A stretch of DNA of 64,000 bases from Sphyrna mokarran (Eukaryota), in contig JAGIQG010000009.1 of assembly GCA_024679065.1 (NCBI GenBank), positions 51,584,001 to 51,648,000 on the forward strand, read 5' to 3'. Shown here one piece after another: positions 1 through 11,268 of the stretch; within the stretch, counting starts at the first letter, position 1, and every line of letters begins with the position of its first letter. A program made the position numbers and the translations under genes. Under the pieces are notes generated by a model. That model had not been told where the DNA came from. It was given only the letters and a program-made list of their open reading frames with translations, and made no database searches.

Positions 1-240
1 TTGAAGAATATCAGGACAATTCTTCCTAATATCCTGACCAATATTTATGCTTCAATCATTTTTTAAAAAATAGTGAACTGGTCACTGCTTTGTTGCTGTT
101 TGTGGGATCTTGCTTTTTGGAAAGTGGGTGACATATTTCCTGCAATAAAATAATGAACACACTGCAAAAGCATTTCAACAACTGAAACGATTCGAGACAT
201 CCTGAGATCCTGAAAGGTGCAATATCAATGCTGTCTTCCC
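1..240 (+). mobile_element. Deu-domain (SacSINE1-like) SINE 3' part
   Basis: ttgctgtttgtgggatcttgct...tgaaaggtgcaatat tail, shared with copies at ~41520-41925, ~7250-7640, ~26950-27180 and ~31120-31440. Confidence 0.6.
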
Positions 241-289
241 ACCTTTCATTTTTCATTCATAGTTCCTACTACCTCTATTATCTTCATAG

Positions 290-412
290 TTTTTGGAGCA
301 CTGCTCCTTCATCAGGCAAGTCAAAATTCTAAATAAACCTGTTGGACTTTAAGGTAGTGTTGTGAGGCTTCTTACTGTGCCCATCCCAGTCCAACATCAG
401 CATCTCCACATT
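290..412 (+). mobile_element. Short interspersed repeat fragment (Penelope-derived type common in sharks)
   Basis: gagcactgctccttcatcagg...aataaacctgttggacttt...ccagtccaacatcagcatctccacat; family recognised from memory only. Confidence 0.45.
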
Positions 413-878
413 ATTTGTAGTTTTTGAGTAAAACAGCCAGTTTAGTGCTGTTTTTTGTCAACTGCAAAGTTGCTTTGGGTTGGAGTTCCATAATTAGCAG
501 AACTGGGCTAAAAATACCGTCAAATTAATCTTGTGTAAAGACCCATTGACAATTAATCAACATTTAGAGTATCAAACTAGAAGACAAAATGTTTGATCCC
601 ACTTTTATCATCTGTATTAATGTTAAGCACTACCATTAAGTAACATGAATTATATGCAAAATAAAGTTCTCATTTCTCTGCCTCAGCATCACAGCTTCAC
701 ATTTAGGAAAGCACGCCACTGCAATATTCTTTATTTCCTGCACCAATCATCCTAATGGCCAATTTACTGCTAATTAACCTCCAGTGATCCAATTGGTCTA
801 ATCTGGATTTGAAGCCAGGTCCTGGGCATGACAGGATACGGTGCGATTTCACTGTTCCAACATTTCACAATTGAACAC

Positions 879-954
879 GTTTTCAAAAAAAAAGTGATTT
901 TCAAAAAAAGTGATTTTCAAAAAAAGTGATTTTCAAAAAAAGTGATTTTCAAAA
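879..954. repeat. Tandem repeat, ~16-bp unit TTTTCAAAAAAAGTGA x ~4.5
   Basis: Directly visible; lies ~10 nt from the exon-13 donor. Confidence 0.9.
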
Positions 955-962
955 TTACTTAC

Positions 963-1161
963 TGTAAGTTTTGTAAGATTTGGTGGAATTGTAAAGTGTG
1001 GAATGTATCTCCTCACACCCTGAGAAAACGGCTGGAGTTGCAGATCGTCCAATGACACTTTATTAAATGCTGACAACAACTTTGCTGTGACGAGGAGGAA
1101 AGCCAAAGAGGTAACAGTGTAAGGAAGGAGCAGCCCATCCTTCAACAACAGAGGAAACATG
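963..1161 (-). CDS. ALG6: ALG6 coding exon 13 (199 nt): MFPLLLKDGLLLPYTVTSLAFLL...PPNLTKLT; final exon outside window
   Basis: Acceptor TTCTTACAG, donor GTAAGT; similar to human [22 protein letters not shown]. Confidence 0.94.
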
Positions 1162-1324
1162 CTGTAAGAAAATAGTGTGAATTAAAAAACCTCACCCTTA
1201 CTCTATTACACCACAAGAGATATAAAGTTTATTACGGTAAAACAAAATCCTTGGATTTAGCATTGGCATCTGAAGATTGAGCACCAATTATTCTCTTTAG
1301 TGATCTATGCTAAGACAGTTGATT

Positions 1325-1625
1325 GACTGGGTCACAGTTTGACGATATAGGGTAGACTGTTTAGGAGAGATGAGGAGAAATTTCTTTACCCAGAGAGTGG
1401 TCACCTATGGAATTCACCACCACAGAAAGCATTTGAGGCCAAAACATTGAATGTTTTCAAGAAGCAGTTAAATATAATACTTGAGATGAAGGGGGTCAAA
1501 GGATAGGAGGTGGAAGGTGAGAGATCAGGTATTCAGTTGGATGATCAGTCACCATCATAATGAATGGAGGTGCAGGCTCGAAGGGCCGAATGGCCTCCTC
1601 TTGCTCCTTTTCCTATATTTCTATC
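1325..1625 (+). mobile_element. CR1 LINE 3' fragment
   Basis: GHSL...FFTQRV-like coding remnant and 3'UTR gaagggccgaatggcctcctc. Confidence 0.8.
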
Positions 1626-2289
1626 TTTTTAAGTTGGGCTGATCAATGAACAATATACTTTTTGGGCATTATCCCACTCAACATTTGGGAATTGTTCAGG
1701 ACTTAATGAATAAATGACTTTCAGCTCTGTCACAAAAGTGAGCCTTTATCAGGTTAAATGCTTTTTATATGCTTAAACTATTTCTTTTAATTGAAGATAA
1801 AACAGAATGTCCTGGAATGTGGGGATGGTAATCATGCTGAACTCGGTCTGGAAACAGCCCTATGTGATTTGGTTGCCATGAAACTCAAACTCAAGTGTCA
1901 GGTTTTACACTTGAAACAGAAGTAGGAAAGCTGGTCTTGCCAGATACAGACTCTCAGTCTCAGTCAGGTAACTTAGAGAAGGCAGCTGAAAACAGTGGGT
2001 GCTGTGCCAAGCAAAGAAAGAGATTGTTTGTGTTAATCACCAAGCAGAATGCTGGTGAGCACAGATTTCCTGTTTGATGAGATGGCACTTGCAGACTTAA
2101 AGATCAAAGAGTCATCAGAGGGTCCCTCGATGCTGGAAATTAATTTGAATATATCCAGTGAGCAAAGGGATTTTTGAAAGTACTCTAGAAAACACCCAGA
2201 TGTAACAGGAAGTAGAGAACTTGTTGGATAGTTGGGAGGAATTTGGGCTTAGTGACAGAAAGCGAGGCCAGTGATTGGGGCTGCAGGTG

Positions 2290-3750
2290 GGGTTTGATTT
2301 GATTTGATTTATCGTCACGTAGATTAACATACAGTGAAAAGTATTCTTTCTTGCGCACTATACAGACAAAACATACCGTACATAGAAAAAGAAATGGCAG
2401 AATGCAGAATGTAGTGTTACAGCCATAGCTACAATGTAGAGAAAAATCAACTTAATGCAAGCTAAGTCCATTCAGAAGTCTGACAGCAGCAGGGAAGAAG
2501 CTGTTCTCGAGTAGTTGTTACATAACCTCAGACTTCTGTATCTTTTTCCTGAAGAAAGTATCATCCGGGGTGCGTGGGGTTCTTAATTATGCTGGCTGCT
2601 TTGCTGAGACAGCAGGAAGTGTAGACAGAGTCAATGGATGGGAGGCTGGTTTGCATGATGGATTGGGCTACATTCATGACCTTTTGTAGTTCCTTGCAGT
2701 CTTGGGCAGAGCAGGAGCCATACCAAGCTGTGATACAAAAAAGAATGCTTCCTATGGTGCATCTGTAAAAGTTGGTGTGAGTCATAACTGACATGCCAAA
2801 TTTCCTTAGACTTCTGAGAAAGTAGAGGCATTGGTGGGCTTTCTTAAGTATAGTGTCAGCATGGGGGAACCAGGACAAGTTGTTGGTGATCTGGACATCT
2901 AAAACTTGAAGTTCTCGACCTTTTCTATTTTGTCTCCATTGATGTAGACAGGGACACGTTCTCCTTTATGCTTCCTGAAGTCGATGACAATCTCCTTCAT
3001 TTTGTTGACATTGAGGGAGAAATTATTATTGCCGCACCAGTTCATTAGATTCTCTCTCTCATTTCTGTACTCTGTCTCGTCATTGTTTGAGATCTGACCC
3101 ACTACAGTGGTGTCATCAGCAAACTTGAAAATTGGAGGGGAATTTGGCTGCACAGTCATAGGTATAAAGGAGTATAGAAAGGGGCTGAGATCACTGCCTT
3201 GTGGGATACCAGTGTTGAAGATGATTGTGCAGGAGATGTTGCTGCCTATCCTTACCGATTGCAGACTGCGAGTTAGGAAATTTGGAATTCCGTTGAAGAG
3301 GGAGATGCTGAGGCCCAGGCCACGGTGTTTGGAGATGAGTCGTAGGAATAATAGTGCTGAAAGCTGAGTTATAGTCAATAAATAGAAGTCTGACATAGAT
3401 TACCTTGTTATCTAGGTGTTCCAGGGTTGAGTGCAGGGCCAAGAAATGGCATCTGCTGTGGATCTGTTGTTGCAATAGGCAAACAGTAGTAGATCCAGTA
3501 GTCCAGAAGGCCGGAATTGATTTGTGCCATGACTTATCTTTCAAAGCACTTCATAATGAAGAATGTCAGCCCACCAGCTAATAGTCATTAAGGCACGCTA
3601 CCTGCCTTAGGTATTGGGATGATGGTCATCTTCTTGACGCAGATAGGGATCTCAGATTGTTGTAAAGAGAGATTGAAGTTACCTCAGCTTGCTGATTCAC
3701 ACAGGGTTTGAGTGCACGTTCGGATACTCATCCGGGCTAGTTGCTTTCCA
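2290..3750 (-). mobile_element. Rex1/Babar-type LINE, 5'-truncated and degenerate
   Basis: Broken RT ORFs [63 protein letters not shown]; 3' tail (ATCAA)n at 2292-2312. Confidence 0.88.
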
Positions 3751-4609
3751 TGAATGGGTGGGAAGATCCAAAGATTGGGGCTACTGACTGAGGAGGGGGG
3801 AGAAGGAAGATTGAGGCAGGCTGGAGTGTGGGGGCAAGAAAGATTGTATCAATCAGGAGGGGATGGGACAGCGATTGGGTCATTTGGGGTAGGGGGTCCA
3901 CACGGCCGGTGATGCATGGGTCACAGGACTAGCCATTGATTGTAAGGCCAGCTGAGCGGATCTATTGTGCACGTACCGATCTTGGGCTGATAGATTAGCA
4001 CATGCACAGTGACTCGCTTAACACTGTGCTGCTGGCCTCTCCAGCAGGAACAAGCCCCATCCACTGAATGTAAGTATGACTCATGCTAAGACACTCTGCA
4101 GTGGAGAGTGTGGGAGATTCATTTTTAAACTCCCACTGAAAAACAAACATGATTTTTATGCCTATTCAATGCTTAGAATTTTTTTGGGAGAATCACCCCC
4201 TAAAGATCTGCTGAGTGTGTGCCGGTTTGTGGCATGGAGTATTCAGCTTTGTTAATTGGTTTATGGTAATGTGCTTTTTCTGTAGCTTAGTGTATTAGTT
4301 ATTTGTAGTCATGATTTTAGTTTGCTTGTTACAACAAAGCATTAAATCTTTCCATTGGAAAAGTGGTATCTCATTTTAAAAGTTACTAGAAACAATGGCA
4401 CAAATATGTTATGAATGCTTAAGAGGAAAAGATGACTGATGTTTACTAAAATTATCTGCAAGGAGCATGATACACCTAAAAGCTTTTTAAATCACAAGTT
4501 CTTTGTCACTTTAAACAGGAGAGAAAACAAAATCATTACAATAGGGATACGGCACATCCACATTAGCATCAACTCAGGATTTGACATGGGAAAAAAAAGC
4601 TGACCTTAC

Positions 4610-4678
4610 CTAAAAGTTGATACAAGCAAAAACCAGGTTGCCATGAAAGGAATTTCATGTAAAAGCAACAATACAGGT
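4610..4678 (-). CDS. ALG6: ALG6 coding exon 12 (69 nt): [23 protein letters not shown]
   Basis: Acceptor GCTTTCAG, donor GTAAGG; similar to human [23 protein letters not shown]. Confidence 0.95.
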
Positions 4679-4859
4679 CTGAAAGCAAACCAGATAAAAA
4701 GAACATGATTGGAAACATGCAGAGTTAAACTGAAATATAATGGCAATGGATAATGTGGGTAAGCACACTGCCTACCTTTTCTGGTACTGAGCCAGATCAG
4801 TAAGATCAGGAAACTCAAAGGTTTGTTCACTCGATTTGCAACCTGCTCACACTCAAATC

Positions 4860-6960
4860 ACAGAATGGTTCAGGAGGAAGTGATAGAGCTCATTCAGTCT
4901 ATGCCAGCTCTCTGTCAGTGCAACTCAACTAGTCCCCACTTTCCTGTTCTTCCTCTGTAATCCGACAATTTTTTCACTTCAAATAATTCTCCAAGTTTTT
5001 GGAAAGCCACAATTGAATCCGCCTTCACCACAGTTTCTGGCAGTGATTGGGAGTCCCTCAGTGTAGTCTGTGGTGTTGTCAAATTTCTTACAGTGACTGG
5101 GAGGCCAGCAGTGCGTGGCCAATTTTTTGAGAGAGCTTTTAGAAACAATAATCAGGGTCAAAAACAATAGTCACTTGGATAAATTAAGGAAAGCCACCAT
5201 AGAGTTGTTAAAGATAAATTGTTTTTGATCAACTTGATTTGAGTTTTTAGATAAAGATAACAGAGTGGATTAAAGAAGGTAATGTGATTGATGCAATGCC
5301 ATTGGACTTTCAAAAGGCATTTGATATATTTCTACAAAATAGGCTCACGAGCAAAGTCAAAATCCATGTAGCGAAAGGCACACTAGCAGCATGCTTATGT
5401 ACTTGATTGAATGGCAGAAAACAGTAGTAGTGAATGTTTTTTTTGGGCTGGAGGAAGGTATACAGTGGAGTTCTTAACCAAAGATTTTTCCTCATGTCAC
5501 TCTGGTTCTTTTGCTGATAACCTTATGTTAGTGTCCTCTGGTTCTTGTCCCTTCTGCCAATGGCAATGGTTTCTTTCTGTCTACTCTGCCTTGACCCCCT
5601 CATGATTTTAAGCATTTCTATTAAATCTATTCTCAACCTTCTCTTCCATAAGCAGAACAACCCCAGTTTCGCCAATTTATTCACATTGGTTTCAAGGTGA
5701 AGGACTGCAGCATTCTCGTAAATCTTTCCTGCACCCTCTCTAAAATAGCCTTTACGTTCTTCCTGAAGTCTGGTGCTCAGAGTTGGCCTCAGTGTTTTAT
5801 AGAGGTCATCAGAACTTCCTTATTTCTGTAATCAATGCATCAATTCATAAAGCCCAGGATCCTCTTTGCCTTTCCAACCAATTTCTCAACCTGTCCTTCA
5901 ATGATTCATGCACATCCACCAGATCTCTGCAGTCCCTTTAGAATTGCACCCTTGACTTTAGATACCATCTCTGTGCTTCCTACCAAAATGTATCACCTCC
6001 CATTTCTCTACAATAAATTTAATCTGTCACCTATCTGCCCATTCTACTAGACTATCCACTACCTCGAGGAATCTATCACTTTTCTCCTCACAGTTCACAG
6101 ATCTACCAAGTTTATATCATCTGCAAATTTTGAAATTGCACACTGTACACCCAAGTTTGGGTCATTAAAATAAGCAATCTGAAATCTAACTGAGATAACT
6201 CCATTGTATGCCTTCCTACAGCCCAAAAAGACATTCACTATTCCTGTTTCCTACCATTCAATCAAATGCATAACCATACTGTCATTGTTCCTTTCATCAC
6301 ATGGGTTTTGACTTTGCTAGCGAGCTTATTTTGTGGAAATGTGTCAAATGCCTTTTGAAAGTCCAATGGCATTGCATCAATCACATTACTTTCATCAACC
6401 CACTCTGTTACCTTATCTAAAAACTCAAATCAAGTTGATTAAAAACAATTTACCTTAAACAAATCTATCGTGGCTTTCCTTAATTAATCCACATTAGTCC
6501 AAGTGACTATCATTCCTGATCCTGATTATTGTTTCTAAAAGCGTTCTCATTGCTGAGTTAAACTAACGGGCTTGTCATTGTTAGATCTACACAATCATTT
6601 TTGAACAAAACTGCAGTATTTGCAATTGTCCTTTCTTCTGGCACTATATTTCTATCTAAGAAAGACTGGAAGATTTTAGCCAATGCCTCCACAGTTTCTT
6701 CTCCTAATTCCCTCAGAATCCCTGCTTCTGCTGATCCTGGTAACTTAGCAACCCCATTTTCAATTTTAACCCATACAGTATGTCAACTGCCTTCTCTTTC
6801 ATTGTGACTTCAGCAGCATCTTCTTCCTTGGCAAAAATAAATGCAAGATACTCATTCACTATCTCAGCACCTCAGCCATGTTATCTGCCTTCAAGAAAGA
6901 TCTTTTCTTTTGGTCCATAAATCAGCACGACCTTCCTTATTATCCTTATGCTTGTAGAAG
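4860..6960 (-). mobile_element. Old CR1 LINE (minus strand) containing an inverted duplicated segment at ~5130-5475
   Basis: CR1 3' end near 4860-5080; RT remnants (tcatctgcaaattt = KFADD, ccttttgaaagtcc = DFQKAFD) at 6110-6370. Confidence 0.75.
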
Positions 6961-9900
6961 ACTTGTGTGTTCTCTTTTTTGTTAGCTGCTAGTCTTTTCT
7001 CATGCTTGCTATCTGGACAACAAGAAAAATGGCTATCTGGGAAAGGTAGAGTAACCTGATCATCACTTGACTGTATCCTAGCACTGGAAAGAAAGTGAAT
7101 GTGAGCAACTTTCTACTGATTTTCCTCTCCCCTTCACCTCCTGTCCATCATACTGATGGTACACAAGTGTCACAGACCTTATTGCTGAGGAAAGTCTCAG
7201 AAAGGCTCAAGAAATGAGAAGAAATGGGACTATCTGTAATGCAATGCTGAACATTAGCTCAATCTAGTTAATAGCATATTTTCCCTCAATCAAGAAGCTT
7301 ATGGGTTCAAGTCCACTCCAAATTTGATGATCTTGGCTGATTTGCCAATACAGCAGTGACAGAATACTTCATTCAGAAGTACTGTCCTTTGGATAGATAT
7401 TGAAACGTGGCATTGTTCTTTCAATGTGAACATTAAAGATCCATAAGCATTACATAAGGCAGTACAATAAGTTCATCAGGTACCCTGGTTAATGTTCTAT
7501 TCTCAAGCTTCAGTTATTCAATGCATTATTCATCTTAAATACAAAATGGCTGTTACACTTGGCTACATAACAGACATTGTACATAAAGCGCTTGAGGTAT
7601 TTCTAAGATAGAATGGGATGGCATCCAAGTATATGTTTTTGTCCCTCCCCGCACCATTCAGTAGACTGTCTACAATCTGACTAAACTAGCATATGATGAA
7701 TGGCCACTTAAGTAAAACATCAGTGAGTGGCTGATTTCTGTAGAATCATAGCCTGGCAAAAGTCTGTGCCTTCAGGAAGGGAGAAAATTGGAACAAAAAA
7801 TATATAATTTTAAAATAAGAAATTGAGCCAGGGAGGCAAAATTGTAGCCAGGTTTGATAAATTATTCCCAGCAAATGTGCTCTGGGCAGAAGGCTGCTCC
7901 GTTAATTTTATGGCAGCAAAATTGCCTACTGACTGCCTCAAGGTCGGAATGAGATGGAGCAGAAGACTATGTTTGAACAACTGATGGGCTGATGTGTTAT
8001 CTGGCAGAAATATCAATGATCAGATTAGTCAGTAACCACGGAATAATAACTTGAAATTAAGTTACTTTTGATTAAATAATAATGGTTATTTTATAAATAA
8101 ATGTTGTATTCATTTTAGCTACTCCATGCAGTGTTCTACAACATATTCTGTCCAATTTGCTTTCATAAGTGAACATACATTAATTTAAATTTTTAAAATT
8201 ATATTATCGGACAGGAGTGATTCATATTCAATTGTTGGCACCTCATTCTTGAGGCGAGGCGGTCATTTAAATAGACTATTCATTTGCACACGAGCATGCA
8301 CAAACGCCTATTTGGAGTGGGAACGTCACAGGAATTGCATGTTTTCAGACAATAAAATCAGCCTTGCTGAATCAACGTTGCCTGCATGGCCACCAGGAGC
8401 AGATACACTGTCTAAATTTTCCCTCTTAATTGTAGCACCACACCATTGCTCTGGTGAGTAACTCAGCAAGGACCAGAAATGAAACTAGAACACTTTGTTT
8501 TACTCTAATACTTCTATACGCGTTGCATTTACTTACTTCACCTTCATGGCAGGTCAGTCAAAATTCATTATATAGATTATTACCTAACGGCTGCATAAGT
8601 CATCTATTCATGAGCTGTAAGTATCAATTTGGCTCAGGTGGTAACATTTCTGGATCAGCAAGTTATGTTCAGGTCCTATTCTATTCTATGACTTGAACGT
8701 GTAAAATTGCATTAAATATATAATTTAAATTTTGTTGGAAATTCATCAATGAAGCAGTTATGACAAGGAAACTTCAGTGTTGGGTCATTGAACTTCTTTT
8801 AAATTAGCAATTTCTTAAATAAGCTAATGTACCATATTATAATGTATTCAACCTATACTAGCAAATCAATAAAAATTAAACTGTAACTGTTGAAAATATT
8901 ATATCTGGCTCAAATACATTGTATTTTCCCATCTTTGTAGTTCACACCAATGTTACCCTTACAGCTTTCACCCTCAAATAAAAACGGGTTCATAAAGCAC
9001 AGGTGGGTCAGTCCATCGCATTCCAGTTGCAAGGCAGAGTTAAGCTAATTTTCCATGGTAAAATGAAACCCAAATGAAGTTTCTAAGGTTAAGAGCAGAA
9101 CTGACAAAATTGATCCTGGCATATTGCTTATCAAGAGGTTCAACTGCCCAAGGATAAGTGGAAAATGAATCCGTGAAGGCTAGAACGTTAGGTAAATGAT
9201 TTTAGATTTGTGAAATAATTTGTTGAGGAAGGCTATTGAATCTGTTAACATAAAGAGGTCTATTTCTGAAGAGAAGAGAAACAGAAGGATGCAGTAAGAA
9301 CATGGCTAGATAGGTTTGGTCTTTCAAAAAGGGATGGAATTGTTGACCTTGATGGAAAAATTCCATGTTAGCTTTTATAATGACTAATGTCTACTAGTTT
9401 GACTGAAAATATCACACTATCATGAGGAACTTGAGAATTAGACTCATTTATAAAGAGACTTATATAAGTAATAGTTTTTTTTCCCATTTTAAAAAGGGAA
9501 TTTGCATATGACATTCTATGATACATGCTTGTCACGGGTGACTTTTAATCTCAGTGCACCCTCCCACACCTTCCCCACTGACAGCCAATGATACTTCAAA
9601 TGTTCTCGACTGCAGAAAATATAACTGAGTCATAGTTGCTCAGCCAACTAATTGTTCATATTTGAGCCCCATGTTAATGAAATTGTCAGCTATGGGATTG
9701 CAGTATCCCAAATCCAATACTGATCTTGCTAGTCATTAATAAATGGGCTCATTTCAGCAGGGGGCACTGCTTAGTAACTTGCTTGATTTCTATTTCATTC
9801 TACTTCAACCTAGCCTGGAAAATCGCTGTCCAAGCCAAGGCCAACTAACAGCATAAAATCATGGTGTGAACATGGGCACTTCCAAATCCTTTATGTCTCA

Positions 9901-11197
9901 ATACTACATTCAGCTGAGCATTTAATTACTTAATCATTGGGAAAGCTCAATCAATAGTCTTTTAAAAAAAAAACATAGTAACAAGAGTAGAGGCACGTCA
10001 AGCAGACAGATGTTTACCTGGTAAAATTAAGGGGACTCAGTAGAATAAAGTTTGTCTTTAATTAAATATTTCTGAACAAGTTGTTTAGAAATAAACTGTG
10101 CAAATTCCTTTCATTATATTACATCCAGTTATTTTTCATAGTTCGTAATATCTAGAAGCTGAAATATTGTGTGCTACTAGCGCAAACTAAAATACATGTT
10201 CTTTTCAAGTCAGCTGAATGCCTCTAATGTCTGATTCCATTAAATTTAAAGATCACAACTAACCAATTTTAAACACTAAATCAAGGCACATGATCTGAAG
10301 ATCTGAACTCTCTGTGCATCTTAGATCATGCATGAGCCTCAATAAACTTAAAGGGAAAACTTACTTACCGAATTAACGTTATGGGCATTATTGACACATA
10401 CGGCCTTCAATATTATGTAGAAATGATAGTTTTGACAGTCTGGAAGGAGATGTTTTATGTATATCTTCTCTTCTCGCAGAATGACTTCATGAATGAGCAA
10501 GTTCCCACATTTTGTATTCATGTAGTGGAATGGGACACTATAACATTACAGAAGAGACTGTAAAACTAGGAATGTCCATGTGAAATAGGAAGACCAAGAA
10601 AAATGAGGGGGAGAGAAAATGTCTTTTTTAATACTGCATTAAGATACAAAAAAGGGGTATAGTTGCCTGATGAATTAATAAGCCACAGAGACCAGGAAGG
10701 CTTCAGATTGCTGTAACTAGCAACAGTTTATATCAGGAAGGTTTAAAAAAAAAATCACTTTGGTCACTATTCTCTGAATCTGTGCAGAAGATCCATACCT
10801 AACTGAGGGACTTGCAGGCTAGGATGTAATACCTGAATTCACACCACTCAACCACCCAACCCCTGAAGTTGAATAATCTGCATGCCTTCACTATTTAGAT
10901 TCAATCTTTAATTAAGAACAGCCACTTGAGTAAGGCTCTGAAAAGTTGCTGGCACTTACAGAATCATAGAATCATTATAGACTGTCAACATTTTGAACAA
11001 AAAGGGAGAAATTGAGGGCAGGAAAAGACTCAGGATTTTTATTTTACAGACTATCTCATAGTGTTATCTACTTTACCATTATTATTAATTCTGTAACAAG
11101 ACTTAATAGAACGAAAAAAATTTCATTTACTCTGCTGTTCATTACATGGTTTCTACATTTCTCTCTCACACACAGTTAAAAGATATTCAAAACTCAC

Positions 11198-11268
11198 AGA
11201 GCAGCCAGAAGTATAGACTTTTCGTGAACTTGGAAGGAAAACAGGAAGAATGACAAAGAACAATTCAC
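11198..11268 (-). CDS. ALG6: ALG6 coding exon 11 (71 nt): VNCSLSFFLFSFQVHEKSILLAAL
   Basis: Acceptor ATTTCAG, donor GTGAGT; invariant FFLFSFQVHEKSIL motif. Confidence 0.96.

Noticed and set aside
879-954. CRISPR-like array
   Set aside because: Head-to-tail repeats with no spacers, in a eukaryotic intron.
1800-4400. Possible LTR and MITE fragments flanking the Rex1 LINE
   Set aside because: Composition is suggestive, but I could not define termini or TSDs, so they are not annotated.
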